The translations under genes and the position numbers were made by a program. This document shows, piece by piece, positions 29,913-39,405 of a stretch of DNA of 64,000 bases. The first letter of the stretch is position 1. Every line of letters starts with the position of its first letter. Source of the stretch: Nostoc sp. (GTDB taxonomy: Bacteria > Cyanobacteriota > Cyanobacteriia > Cyanobacteriales > Nostocaceae); contig JBALDB010000031.1 in the NCBI GenBank assembly GCA_036918135.1, forward strand, positions 32,001 to 96,000. The letters run 5' to 3'. The notes under the pieces were generated by a model. The model ran no database searches and had not been told where the DNA came from. It saw nothing but the letters and a program-made list of their open reading frames with translations.

Positions 29913-30344
29913 ATGCGGTTGCGCTCACTCACGGTCATTTTTATTTCCTTTTTCATCACTTTTTTATCGTGGGTGCTTACTCCCCCCGCTCTAGCACTGA
30001 CACAGATTAAATTATTTGATATTTCCTATAAAGATTGTCCACCAGAACTGGCAAAAGGAGCTGTTATCAGTAGTGGTAGCGCGGCTGCCAATTGCTTTCT
30101 TGTCACTGGCAAGGCAGAAAATGGTAGTAATAAAACAGTCTACGATGCAGATATTTTTGGACGCATTTATGATGCCAATAATGACTCAGTAATGCAAAAC
30201 CGCACCCGTCTTGGTTCGATTGCTGAGGTATCACCAGGTGTTAGCGATTTTGAATTGAGAATTTCTGTGCCCGCAAATCAACCTACTCCATTGAAGCTGA
30301 AGCAGTTCAAGGCAGCTGGATTTAGTGCTGCGGTACGTAAATAA
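29913..30344 (+). CDS. Secreted hypothetical protein, probably conserved in cyanobacteria
   Basis: Signal peptide (PALA), two Cys residues and a beta-rich body. Confidence 0.75.
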   Translation: MRLRSLTVIFISFFITFLSWVLTPPALALTQIKLFDISYKDCPPELAKGAVISSGSAAANCFLVTGKAENGSNKTVYDADIFGRIYDANNDSVMQNRTRLGSIAEVSPGVSDFELRISVPANQPTPLKLKQFKAAGFSAAVRK

Positions 30345-30360
30345 TAAATTTTAAGCTGTA

Positions 30361-30396
30361 TAGGTCAGGGCTGTTAACCCAGACCTAAAATTTTTT
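30361..30396. terminator. Probable intrinsic terminator
   Basis: TAGGTCAGGG...CCCAGACCTA stem followed by an A/T run, between convergent genes. Confidence 0.55.
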
Positions 30397-30397
30397 C

Positions 30398-30478
30398 TAG
30401 CCCTAGTTACACCCTTTAAGACATAATGACAAGCACGAATGCTAGGGATAGTAATAGTTCTACCTCCTGCCTCCAGCA
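30398..30478. repeat. Dispersed repeat (MITE-like remnant) similar to 46708-46781
   Basis: tagccctagttacaccctttaagacataatgacaagcacgaatg...cctcctgc versus tagccgtagtcatacaggttaggacatagtaacaagcgtaaatg...cctcctgc. Confidence 0.55.
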
Positions 30479-30536
30479 ATAACTGCCTTCTGCCTCCTGC
30501 TTATAACTGAACGCAAAGTAAACTGCAAACTATGTC

Positions 30537-30800
30537 TTATACAACATAGGCCAGATTACTTATAAACCCGCCAAGAACTTGCAGTAGTATAATAGCTAAC
30601 ATGGGTGAAAAATCTATGCCGCCCAACGGGGGAATAAATGAGCGAAATACATTCAGATAAGGGTCAGTTATTTGACTCAAAGCGGCAAATGGTTGATCGT
30701 ACCAGTTGATCGTCGGGAACCAGGTTAAAGCAACCCGAATCAGCAACAGAAAAGTATAAATTTGCGTAAAAGTAGCAAGAGTGGTAATCAGTAATTCCAT
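30537..30800 (-). CDS. yggT: YggT / Ycf19 family membrane protein
   Basis: RVALTWFP...TDPYLNVFRSFIPPLGGIDFSP. Confidence 0.92.
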   Translation of the reverse strand: MELLITTLATFTQIYTFLLLIRVALTWFPTINWYDQPFAALSQITDPYLNVFRSFIPPLGGIDFSPMLAIILLQVLGGFISNLAYVV

Positions 30801-30925
30801 AGATAACTTGGTTTCCTACTAAGTGTTAAACGCGGTCTTATCTATTGATTTTAATTTAGTCTATGTCATGGTGTTTGCATAAGCATTTACCACACTTGGC
30901 AACTTTTATCATGCCTAAAGAAACT

Positions 30926-31279
30926 TTAAGAATCTTTGGTGAAAGAGCGATCGCCTATTGTTTGTGGTGAAGTGCCATTCACATTCCCCAGTTGCTTTCG
31001 CACTTCATCTATTGTGGCATTTAGCTGGGCAATTTTATCTTCTAGCGATCGCCGAGCTGTATCTATGCTAACGCTCTCAGTTTCTGAGGCTTTCATCTGA
31101 CGCCGCTTTGCTGCTATTCTCTTAGCTTCGGCTTGGCTATCTGTTTGTTCTATTTCGTCCTCTATTAGCAATTCGGGATCGCGTCGAGAAGCAATTAGCG
31201 CCCCGATTACACCACCAAATACGCTGCCGACAAATGCCCCTGCTAAAAAACCACTGGCAAAACCATCTCGCTGACTCAT
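30926..31279 (-). CDS. Hypothetical protein with a Gly-rich TM helix and a coiled coil
   Basis: GFASGFLAGAFVGSVFGGVIG and RRSLEDKIAQLNATIDEVR. Confidence 0.8.
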   Translation of the reverse strand: MSQRDGFASGFLAGAFVGSVFGGVIGALIASRRDPELLIEDEIEQTDSQAEAKRIAAKRRQMKASETESVSIDTARRSLEDKIAQLNATIDEVRKQLGNVNGTSPQTIGDRSFTKDS

Positions 31280-31348
31280 ATATTTACCGCCTTCAACAAC
31301 CTTGCAACTCTTACAGTAGTTATGCCATTTTTCTTTCCTAGCTGCATA

Positions 31349-32005
31349 CTAACTTAAAGTCCCAAAGATGCGATCGCCTGCATCTCCCAATCCTGGTACA
31401 ATATACCCCTTACTGTTAAGTTTTTCATCAATAGTAGCGGTGTAAACTATTAAACCTGGATAAGTAGTACTCAGCTTTTGCAAAGCTGGTGGAGCCGCCA
31501 CCACACAAACAATTCGCGTTAGGCTTGGATCTACACCCCGTTGTATCAATTCTGCCATTGCTGTCATAATTGACCCTCCTGTTGCCAGCATCGGATCGGT
31601 AATTAAAACTCGTGTTTGGGGGTCAAACTTTTCTGGTAACTTGTTTAAATAACAATGAGGTTGCAATGTCTCTTCATCTCGTGCCAATCCCAGATGATAA
31701 ATCGATGCCAAAGGTAATAAAGTCTGCGCTCCCTCAAGCAATCCCAGCCCAGCCCGGAGAATCGGCACTACTGCCACTGGTATCTGTGGATCGATTACAG
31801 TTGCAGGACAAGTATCTAAAGGAGTTTGCACCGCTGTTTCTTGAGTGGGCAACCAGTCACGCGCAGCTTCATAAGTCAGCCATCTTCCCAGCTCAGTCAT
31901 GGCACTGCGGAATAACACCGAAGGTGTGCCTGCATCACGGGCAACTGCAAGCCAGTGTTGTATCAGGGGATGAGGTGGTACATAAACCCGCAATTGTAGC
32001 GTCAT
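31349..32005 (-). CDS. upp: Uracil phosphoribosyltransferase
   Basis: VPILRAGL, DPMLATGGS and YIVPGLGDAGDR motifs. Confidence 0.97.
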   Translation of the reverse strand: MTLQLRVYVPPHPLIQHWLAVARDAGTPSVLFRSAMTELGRWLTYEAARDWLPTQETAVQTPLDTCPATVIDPQIPVAVVPILRAGLGLLEGAQTLLPLASIYHLGLARDEETLQPHCYLNKLPEKFDPQTRVLITDPMLATGGSIMTAMAELIQRGVDPSLTRIVCVVAAPPALQKLSTTYPGLIVYTATIDEKLNSKGYIVPGLGDAGDRIFGTLS

Positions 32006-32139
32006 AGCTAGAAGTCAGCGCCTCTTTGTACAAGAACTGAAACACCATAATACTCTTTCCTGCATACGGCTGACTAGAAGGAGGGTGGCGACTGGGAGTG
32101 TGGGAAGAGTTGTTGCTTTTTTATAATCTCCCTCATCTC

Positions 32140-32208
32140 CCGGTTGTTGAGTTTCGACTAAGCGGAAATCGAGCGAAGTCGAGATTCAACTACCGCGAAG
32201 TCGAACTA
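32140..32208. repeat. Nested small dispersed repeats (CGAAGTCGA cores)
   Basis: cggttgttga...tcaactaccg outer inverted repeat, with atcgagcgaagtcgagat inside and gcgaagtcgaac after. Confidence 0.6.
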
Positions 32209-32258
32209 CATCTCCTTGTCCTCTCATAGATAACAGCTAAAATTAACCCCAAAATTTT

Positions 32259-32312
32259 ATTGATAAATATTTTCATTAGCTGTTGACATCAATTCTCGAT
32301 CGAGGCTATATT
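32259..32312 (+). promoter_or_regulatory. Sigma70-type promoter with two Fur-box-like sequences
   Basis: -35 TTGACA at 32283-32288 and -10 TATATT at 32307-32312. AT-rich Fur-like palindromes ATTGATAAATATTTTCATT (32259-32277) and GTTGACATCAATTCTCGAT (32282-32300). Confidence 0.7.
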
Positions 32313-32317
32313 GTTAT

Positions 32318-32388
32318 ACAGTGTTCTCCTCTCTTTAAGGATCGGCAGACGGGATTAGCCAGCGGCAGCAGGCTTGTCCCTCTTTTTT
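32318..32388 (+). ncRNA. isaR1: IsaR1-like iron-stress small RNA
   Basis: ACAGTGTTCTCCTCTCTTTAAGGATCGGCAGACGGGATTAGCC...GGCTTGTCCCTCTTTTTT: about 70 nt, with an anti-SD-like CU-rich seed, a terminator hairpin, a Fur-type promoter, and a location beside upp as I recall for IsaR1. Confidence 0.8.
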
Positions 32389-32577
32389 GTGATTGGGCAT
32401 TTGGAGAAGAGGCTCTAGGGGCAGTGAAGGTAGGCGGAGAAATAAGTAGAGTGGCGTAAAAAGACCAAAGTATGTAACAGAAAATAAAGTTGCTCCAGAA
32501 GCGCTTCTCTTCAGACTTCTGCTCTCTGCCTCCTGCTTTATCATAACGATAATTTTCAACACCGACTTACTTAATCA

Positions 32578-32749
32578 GTGACTAATACTTTTCTACGAGA
32601 GGTTGCGCCAACGGATTCACCCTTCTCCACGAGAGGCTTTGCCTGACACAGACGCTTGTCTGCGACACACTACGCGAACGCCAACGCCAACGGCTAGGCT
32701 TAAGACAGGCTCAGTACAAGTAACAAAGGACAAATGACCAATGACAATT
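32578..32749. repeat. Nested small dispersed repeats followed by heptamer (TGACAAA-like) repeats running into the crtH start
   Basis: acgagagg twice, cgccaac three times, ctcagtacaagt, and ggacaaa tgaccaa tgacaat. Confidence 0.6.
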
Positions 32750-34231
32750 GATGCGATCGTGATTGGATCTGGAATTGGGGGATTAGTAACAGCGACTCAG
32801 TTAGCAGCCAAGGGAGCGAAAGTGTTGGTACTGGAACGTTATTTGATCCCAGGTGGTAGCGCTGGTTATTTTGAGCGCCAAGGCTATCGATTTGATGTTG
32901 GGGCATCAATGATTTTTGGTTTGGGACAAAACGGCACCACCAACTTGCTCACCCGTGCATTGTCAGCTGTGAATGTCAGCCAAGAGGCGATCGCAGATCC
33001 AGTGCAAATTCACTATCATCTACCTCAAGGTTTAAACTTGAAAGTTGACCGGGTTTATGAAAAATTTTTGCAAAATCTTACTGCTCATTTTCGCCACGAA
33101 GAACAAGGAATTCGTCGCTTTTATGACGAATGCCAAAAAGTATTTAACTGTCTTAACAACATAGATTTACTGTCGCTAGAAGAACCCAGATATCTACTGC
33201 GGGTATTTTTTCAGCATCCTTTGGCCTGTCTCGGTTTAGTTAAGTATCTGCCCCAAAATGCTGGGGACGTGGCGCGACGCTACATCAAAGACCCCCAATT
33301 ATTGAAATTTATTGATATGGAGTGTTATTGCTGGTCGGTGGTTCCAGCAGACATGACGCCAATGATTAATGCTGGGATGGTCTTTTCTGATAGGCATTAC
33401 GGGGGAGTGAACTATCCTAAAGGTGGAGTAGGACAAATTGCTCAAAAACTAGTTGAAGGTTTAGAGAAGGCTGGAGGTAAGATTCAGTACCAAGCCAAGG
33501 TCACGAAAATTCTTACACAACGGGGACGAGCAGTGGGTGTGCAGTTGGCTAATGGTAAAGTATACCACGGTAAACGCATAGTCTCTAATGCTACACGATG
33601 GGATACATTTGAGCAATTACTACCAGTAGAACAAATCCCTAATAATGAGAAAAAGTGGCAACAAAATTATCAAAAATCACCTAGCTTCTTGAGTTTACAC
33701 ATGGGAGTAAAACAATCAGTTTTACCTGCGGGGACAGAGTGCCACCACATTTTGCTGGAAGACTGGGAAAAAATGACAGCGGCGGAAGGAACAGTTTTTG
33801 TTTCGATTCCTACATTGCTTGACCCAGATTTAGCACCAAGTGGATATCATATCATTCATGCCTTCACACCTCACTGGATTGATGATTGGCAAAAACTTTC
33901 TTCGAGTGAATACGAAGTGAAGAAAGAAGAGGCGGCTTGGCGAATTATTAACCGCCTAGAGAAAATTTTTCCCGGCTTAGATGCAGGATTGGATTATTTG
34001 GAGGTAGGAACACCCCGCACTCATCGCCGCTTTTTAGGTCGTAAGGATGGCACATATGGGCCAATTCCCCAACGCAAGTTACAGGGGTTGTTGAAGATGC
34101 CGTTTAATCGCACTGCTATTCGAGGACTTTATTGCGTAGGGGATAGTACTTTTCCTGGTCAGGGATTGAATGCAGTAGCTTTTTCTGGATTTGCCTGCGC
34201 CCACCGCATTGCCGTAGATTTAGGATTGTAA
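32741..34231 (+). CDS. crtH: Carotenoid isomerase
   Basis: FAD-binding GSGIGG, FDVGASMIFG, NYPKGG and GDSTFPGQGLNAVAFSG motifs. Confidence 0.95.
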   Translation: MTIDAIVIGSGIGGLVTATQLAAKGAKVLVLERYLIPGGSAGYFERQGYRFDVGASMIFGLGQNGTTNLLTRALSAVNVSQEAIADPVQIHYHLPQGLNLKVDRVYEKFLQNLTAHFRHEEQGIRRFYDECQKVFNCLNNIDLLSLEEPRYLLRVFFQHPLACLGLVKYLPQNAGDVARRYIKDPQLLKFIDMECYCWSVVPADMTPMINAGMVFSDRHYGGVNYPKGGVGQIAQKLVEGLEKAGGKIQYQAKVTKILTQRGRAVGVQLANGKVYHGKRIVSNATRWDTFEQLLPVEQIPNNEKKWQQNYQKSPSFLSLHMGVKQSVLPAGTECHHILLEDWEKMTAAEGTVFVSIPTLLDPDLAPSGYHIIHAFTPHWIDDWQKLSSSEYEVKKEEAAWRIINRLEKIFPGLDAGLDYLEVGTPRTHRRFLGRKDGTYGPIPQRKLQGLLKMPFNRTAIRGLYCVGDSTFPGQGLNAVAFSGFACAHRIAVDLGL

Positions 34232-34249
34232 AATCTAAAATCTCGGCGC

Positions 34250-34639
34250 TTAGAGAAATAGTCTCCGCAAAAAGCCTAATAAACTGAGTGCAAAATCTAT
34301 GTTTATTTGAGTTTTACGTGCAGCGTCAATTTCCTTTAATATTTTCTGCATTTCGGCTAGATTTTCTGGAGCGATTCCAATGATATCTCTATCTAGAATC
34401 GCTGCTGTTACACTATCAAGAATATCTTCACAGTCAATAAGTGCTAATTCCAACTTATTTATTTCCTCCCAGTTTTTTTGTTTTTGAGCATTTAAAAGTT
34501 CAAATTGCAGTCCAGAGCGAATATTTATTAAATTTTCTTGGGTAGTTTTTAGTTTTTGTAAATCAATTTGATTATTAGAAGTTGCTTGAAATTGAGAAAT
34601 TATCTCAGTAAAATTATTTAAAATTTTTTCGTTTATCAT
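34250..34639 (-). CDS. Small helical hypothetical protein
   Basis: 129-aa ORF with coiled-coil character and an amphipathic C-terminus; begins 17 bp after the upstream gene. Confidence 0.7.
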   Translation of the reverse strand: MINEKILNNFTEIISQFQATSNNQIDLQKLKTTQENLINIRSGLQFELLNAQKQKNWEEINKLELALIDCEDILDSVTAAILDRDIIGIAPENLAEMQKILKEIDAARKTQINIDFALSLLGFLRRLFL

Positions 34640-34656
34640 TATTTATATGAAATATT

Positions 34657-35601
34657 TTATTGACATAGTTCAGATTTCGGTGATTGCGTTTGTTTGTTTT
34701 GAAGAGAGATTTCTTGAAGAAATACCCTCAACGTCTCATCTTGATTTACCTCTTGTTCAACGGTATTAATCTTTGCAAGTATTGAACTAGAGTCATTTCC
34801 AGTAACACTGGTAGCTACTCCCACAATTTGAGTAACTCTAGTAGCAATAACTTCAAAATTAAGATGAGGATAGTCATCAATAAGTTTTGAAAGTTTTTGT
34901 CCTGTTTCAGCTGCTACCAAAAGCTTAAAAATAGATTCATTCAAACTTTGTTGTTCGCTGGCATTAACTTTTCGCCATTCATCTATTTGTTCGGCAACTT
35001 GACGTTTAATTTCTTCTAATTCTGGCTGTGAAGCTATAGTTAATTTTTGATACTGCTCTCTGAGACGCTGTAGTTTAAAGCTAATCAGCACTCTTTGCGG
35101 ATCGTTTGGTCTTGGTGGTCTTTCCTGAATCTCTTTGGCTAAGAGTAACATTTTGACTGTTAAGCAGCGTGCAGGTTTGGCAGTTTGAGCAACTATCCTA
35201 GCACTGTCGTAATCTATTGTTTCAATTTTATTAAATATCTCTGCTGCTGTGTCATATTCTGCTTGCAACGCATCAAGTACTCGATCCACTTGTGATGGCT
35301 GAGTATTTAGTTGATTTTTACCTGTGATAATTCGATTGACTTCTCCAGTAATTCCGAATTCAATACTAGGATCGTTCAGTAATCGTTCAACAACTAAATT
35401 ATCATCTCTCGGTAAATCATTAAGTTGGTAGATTTTTTTTACAGATGTAATAGCATCAGCGGCGCGATCGCGAAAATTTTGTGCAGTTACTCGCAGCATC
35501 GCTCTTTTTTGAGGCGTACAACTACTGAGGGTCAGGCTGATGGTAGAAGTTAGTATACAAATTTTCCATAAACTTAATTTTTTAATTGTATAAAGTCTCA
35601 T
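34657..35601 (-). CDS. Predicted helical lipoprotein
   Basis: From ATG 35601: MRLYTIKKLSLWKICILTSTISLTLSS-C lipobox, followed by long amphipathic helices. Confidence 0.7.
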   Translation of the reverse strand: MRLYTIKKLSLWKICILTSTISLTLSSCTPQKRAMLRVTAQNFRDRAADAITSVKKIYQLNDLPRDDNLVVERLLNDPSIEFGITGEVNRIITGKNQLNTQPSQVDRVLDALQAEYDTAAEIFNKIETIDYDSARIVAQTAKPARCLTVKMLLLAKEIQERPPRPNDPQRVLISFKLQRLREQYQKLTIASQPELEEIKRQVAEQIDEWRKVNASEQQSLNESIFKLLVAAETGQKLSKLIDDYPHLNFEVIATRVTQIVGVATSVTGNDSSSILAKINTVEQEVNQDETLRVFLQEISLQNKQTQSPKSELCQ

Positions 35602-35850
35602 AAAATCTACTGCTTTGTAACTCAAATAAAGTAAAAAATTTTACTATTTATTGTTATATAGTGTGGAAGTAATTCTAAATTTTGCTGCGTCTGAACTAAA
35701 TTTTTGTCTCGATTCCACTGTAATTCTCCGAAATAATACTTATTAATTTCAAGTATTATAAAATAATACCTCAGGAAATATACTAGTAAAATTAAATATT
35801 CTTAAGCGATACTATTTGCGATTTTTAATAATTTACAAAACTTTTTATAA

Positions 35851-37248
35851 GTGTGCTTTAATGGTGAGCGGCTTTTGCTGGTTCATGAATTTTCATCACA
35901 CGAAAAGCAATCACTAATGCTCCTCACACACAAAGAAATGATTCTAAAAGCAAGCTGGTTTCTACCTAGCTTCTTGAGTTTGTTCCTATTTAGCTCTACT
36001 GTCAAAGCTGCGGCGATCGCCAATTGGCATTTCGATCGCAATGACAATCATCTAGACTTCACTACAGATGTAAATGTTCAACCTAAAATCCAACTACTGA
36101 CAAATCCTACCCGTCTGGTAATTGATTTGCCTGGAGTTACACCAGGATATCCACAGACAAGCGAAATCGGGTCGGTAATTCAAGACATTCGCATTGGGCA
36201 GTTGAATGCACAGACTACCCGTATGGTAATTACCTTAGCATCCGGTTACACCTTCGACCTAGCACAGGTAAAACTGCAACAACAATCTCCCGATCGTTGG
36301 TCTGTGCAGTTACCCCAACCAGTACCACTGACTGCAACCCAGCCCAAATCTTTAGAAATAACTCCCACTAGTACTTCTGTAAGAGTGGGTGATTCTTTGT
36401 TTGCTGGCGTGGTTCCTATGCATTCACCAATGAGAGCACTCGAACCTGAAGTTAAAGCCTTGATGAGTCGCTATAGTTTTCTGAAAACAGGAATGTTTTT
36501 TCTAGATTTGGATACTGGCGATTATCTTGATATTGGAGGCGATCGCGTTTTCCCCGCCGCTAGTACGATTAAACTGCCAATTCTCATCGCCTTTTTCCAA
36601 GATTTAGATGCTGGTAAAGTCACCCTAGAAGAAAAGCTAACCATGCGCCATGACTTGGTGACCAACGGTTCTGGAACTATGCAGTATGAACGAGTTGGTA
36701 ATAAATACACGGCTTTGGAAACCATCACCAAGATGATTACCATCAGTGACAATACTGCCACCAACATGATTATCGATCGCTTGGGTGGAGCAGCGAAACT
36801 GAATCAGCGCTTTCGCAGTTGGGGACTAAAAGACACAGTAATTCGGCATCTTTTGGCTGACTTGAGAGGAACCAATACCACTAGTTCTCAAGACATGGCG
36901 CGGGTGCTGGCTTTGTTAGTTAACAACAAGCTAGTTTCTTTACAAAGTCGGGAGCAAGCCTTAGATATTCTGCGTCACACCACTATTCACACACTGCTTC
37001 CCGCAGGTTTGGGGAAAGGTGCAGTTATCGCCAACAAAACCGGAGATATCGGCTTTCTCATCGGCGATGCAGGATTTGTAACTATGCCTAGTGGTAAGCG
37101 GTATCTGGCGGCTATTTTCGTCACGCGTCCTTATAAAGATTCCAGGGGAAGAGACTTTATCCGTCAAGTTTCCCGACTAGTCTACGATTACTTGAGTCAG
37201 CCCAACCCGGTGGCTGCGGTTGATTCGTCTAATAGTGCTACGAGGTAA
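35851..37248 (+). CDS. AMIN-domain class A beta-lactamase-like penicillin-binding protein (PBP-A-like)
   Basis: AMIN motif NPTRLVIDLP; SxxK (STIK), SDN and KTG motifs. The true start is probably near 35938. Confidence 0.88.
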   Translation: MCFNGERLLLVHEFSSHEKQSLMLLTHKEMILKASWFLPSFLSLFLFSSTVKAAAIANWHFDRNDNHLDFTTDVNVQPKIQLLTNPTRLVIDLPGVTPGYPQTSEIGSVIQDIRIGQLNAQTTRMVITLASGYTFDLAQVKLQQQSPDRWSVQLPQPVPLTATQPKSLEITPTSTSVRVGDSLFAGVVPMHSPMRALEPEVKALMSRYSFLKTGMFFLDLDTGDYLDIGGDRVFPAASTIKLPILIAFFQDLDAGKVTLEEKLTMRHDLVTNGSGTMQYERVGNKYTALETITKMITISDNTATNMIIDRLGGAAKLNQRFRSWGLKDTVIRHLLADLRGTNTTSSQDMARVLALLVNNKLVSLQSREQALDILRHTTIHTLLPAGLGKGAVIANKTGDIGFLIGDAGFVTMPSGKRYLAAIFVTRPYKDSRGRDFIRQVSRLVYDYLSQPNPVAAVDSSNSATR

Positions 37249-37280
37249 AATAAGCGATCGCTTCGGTATACCCTCTTGCC

Positions 37281-37312
37281 CTTAGGAAAATCATAACAAT
37301 GATTTTCCTAAG
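37281..37312. terminator. Perfect 14-bp hairpin between convergent genes
   Basis: CTTAGGAAAATCAT-AACA-ATGATTTTCCTAAG. Confidence 0.7.
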
Positions 37313-37472
37313 TAATTGTCTGACAAACTTATTTTTAATTATTCACTTAAAATCTGTTAGAGGTTTTTTGATTGGGTAAATTAGGCAAATACTGAATGAA
37401 CCATCGAACTCACGTCAGGTTATGGCTGTTTTATCCTGAAAAACTTTTTGTTGCACAAGCGAGAATATTGGC

Positions 37473-38309
37473 TTAAACATTGTGCAATTGATAGCAGATA
37501 CTCTTGTTAAATGAAACCTGCTTGAACGAGCTATCCAAGTTGATAGTCGTCTCGGCGCTACCGAGAAATAGGTAGCCATCTGTTCTTAATTGCTGTTTTA
37601 CTTTTCTGAGCAAGTCTTTTTTAGTCGCTATACTATAGTAGATTAAAACATTACGTAGAAATATCACATCGATTTCGGGAAGGGATGACCAAGATTGCAT
37701 CAAATTGAGCTGATGAAACTCTGCCATTTGGCGAATTTCCTCCTTTATTTGCCAGTTATTATCTAGTCTGTGAAAGTATTTGTCACGCAGATTTTTAGGT
37801 AGTCCACGCTTAATTTCAAGTTGGTTGTAATGCCCTTTTTGAGCACGCGCTAAAACTTTGGTAGAAAAATCGCTAGCAATTAGCCTGAGAGACCAATTGG
37901 TAAGTAAGGGAAAATGTTCGCGAATTAGCATCGCAATGCTGTAGGGTTCTTGTCCATTAGAGCAACCAGCGCACCAAATGTTTAGCGATCGCTCAATTGC
38001 TCGTTTTTTGATTAACTCTGGTAGTATGTATTGTTTGAGGGCTTCAAAAGGGTGACCATCGCGAAAAAATGAGGTTTCGTTAGTGACTAATGCCTCGATT
38101 GTCTGGACGTGAAGATTGTTAAACGGTTGAGTCCGTAGATGTGCCACCAGTTCAGCAATGGCAGCGAATCCTGCTGATTCTGCTATTGGTTGTAAGTGTA
38201 GCTCCGCTAGATAGGTTTTCTCAGCAGACAAGACAACTGCTGTATGCTCGCCAACTAATTGACGAAGATAATCAAAATCATTGGTACTCACACCCTTAGT
38301 CTGTTTCAT
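37473..38309 (-). CDS. cheR: Chemotaxis methyltransferase
   Basis: TNETSFFRD, WCAGCSNGQEPYS, FLRNVLIY and GYLFLGSAE motifs. Confidence 0.95.
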   Translation of the reverse strand: MKQTKGVSTNDFDYLRQLVGEHTAVVLSAEKTYLAELHLQPIAESAGFAAIAELVAHLRTQPFNNLHVQTIEALVTNETSFFRDGHPFEALKQYILPELIKKRAIERSLNIWCAGCSNGQEPYSIAMLIREHFPLLTNWSLRLIASDFSTKVLARAQKGHYNQLEIKRGLPKNLRDKYFHRLDNNWQIKEEIRQMAEFHQLNLMQSWSSLPEIDVIFLRNVLIYYSIATKKDLLRKVKQQLRTDGYLFLGSAETTINLDSSFKQVSFNKSICYQLHNV

Positions 38310-39382
38310 TACAGACCCGAATTAGGAATTTGATTGTAACGAATTCGGCCCATAATTTCACTTGCCATTCGGTCAAGGCTAACAATTCCATCGGCAAGTC
38401 CAGCATTAACCACAAAACCAGGCATTCCCCACACCACGCTACTAGCTTTGTCTTGTGCAAGCACTTGTCCCCCTGCCTCGCGGATGCACTGACAGCCATG
38501 TAACCCATCTTGCCCCATCCCTGTGAGGATGACTGCCATTGCCCCGGCACCATAAACCTCTGCCACCGAGCGCAACATCACATCTACTGAAGGACGACAG
38601 GAATTTTCTCTCGCTGCTTGATGAGTAGCAAGTCGAACTACACCTTTATCGCGTTGTACAACTAAATGAAAATCTCCTGGTGCAATCCAAGCTTGTCCGG
38701 GTTCTAATACCACTCCGGGAATTGCTTCATTCACTTGGATTTGACATTTAGAAGCTAATCGTTCAGCTAATAGTTTCGTAAACATGGGGGGCATATGTTG
38801 CACAATCAAGATCGGAACTGATAAATCGGCTGGAAACTCTCTAAGCATTATAGTCAGGGCATTAGGGCCGCCAGTAGAAACCCCAATTGCTACAACATCT
38901 ACCCGCTTGGAATTGGCAGAAGCGGGAAAAACAACTCGATGACCAATCTTGCTTGGTATGGGAAAGGGAGTAGTTCCTCCACCAAATACTTTGATTTTGG
39001 GAATTAAATCCTCTTGAATATGTTGAGTTATCGCCTCTACACTTTTTAAATTACTGGGTTTTGTTGCATAATCTGAAGCTCCCAAAGACAGAGCTTCGAG
39101 CGTTGCGCTAGCCCCAGCCCACGTAGAGGTACTGAACATAATCACTGGTAGGTGGGGATAAATTTGTCGAATAGCAGACAGAGTTTGTAAACCATCCATT
39201 TCTGGCATTTCGATATCGAGGATCGCAACATCGGGATTGAGCTGGGAAATTTTGGCAAGGGCGATGCGACCGTTAGCAGCGACTCCTACCACTTCTAATC
39301 CCGGATCGATGGACAAAATCTTACTGACTCGACTCCGAACTAGTACCGCATCATCAACAATTAGTACCCGGATCTTGGGCAT
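38309..39382 (-). CDS. cheB: Chemotaxis response regulator methylesterase
   Basis: REC domain plus GVSTGGP, VQHMP, RPSVD and LTGMGQDG. Stop and cheR start overlap (TAATG). Confidence 0.95.
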   Translation of the reverse strand: MPKIRVLIVDDAVLVRSRVSKILSIDPGLEVVGVAANGRIALAKISQLNPDVAILDIEMPEMDGLQTLSAIRQIYPHLPVIMFSTSTWAGASATLEALSLGASDYATKPSNLKSVEAITQHIQEDLIPKIKVFGGGTTPFPIPSKIGHRVVFPASANSKRVDVVAIGVSTGGPNALTIMLREFPADLSVPILIVQHMPPMFTKLLAERLASKCQIQVNEAIPGVVLEPGQAWIAPGDFHLVVQRDKGVVRLATHQAARENSCRPSVDVMLRSVAEVYGAGAMAVILTGMGQDGLHGCQCIREAGGQVLAQDKASSVVWGMPGFVVNAGLADGIVSLDRMASEIMGRIRYNQIPNSGL

Positions 39383-39405
39383 TGGAGATTAGGGATAATA
39401 AAAAA

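Noticed and set aside
32335..32562. 75-aa minus-strand ORF
   Set aside because: Overlaps the IsaR1-like RNA and repeat-derived sequence; no protein features.
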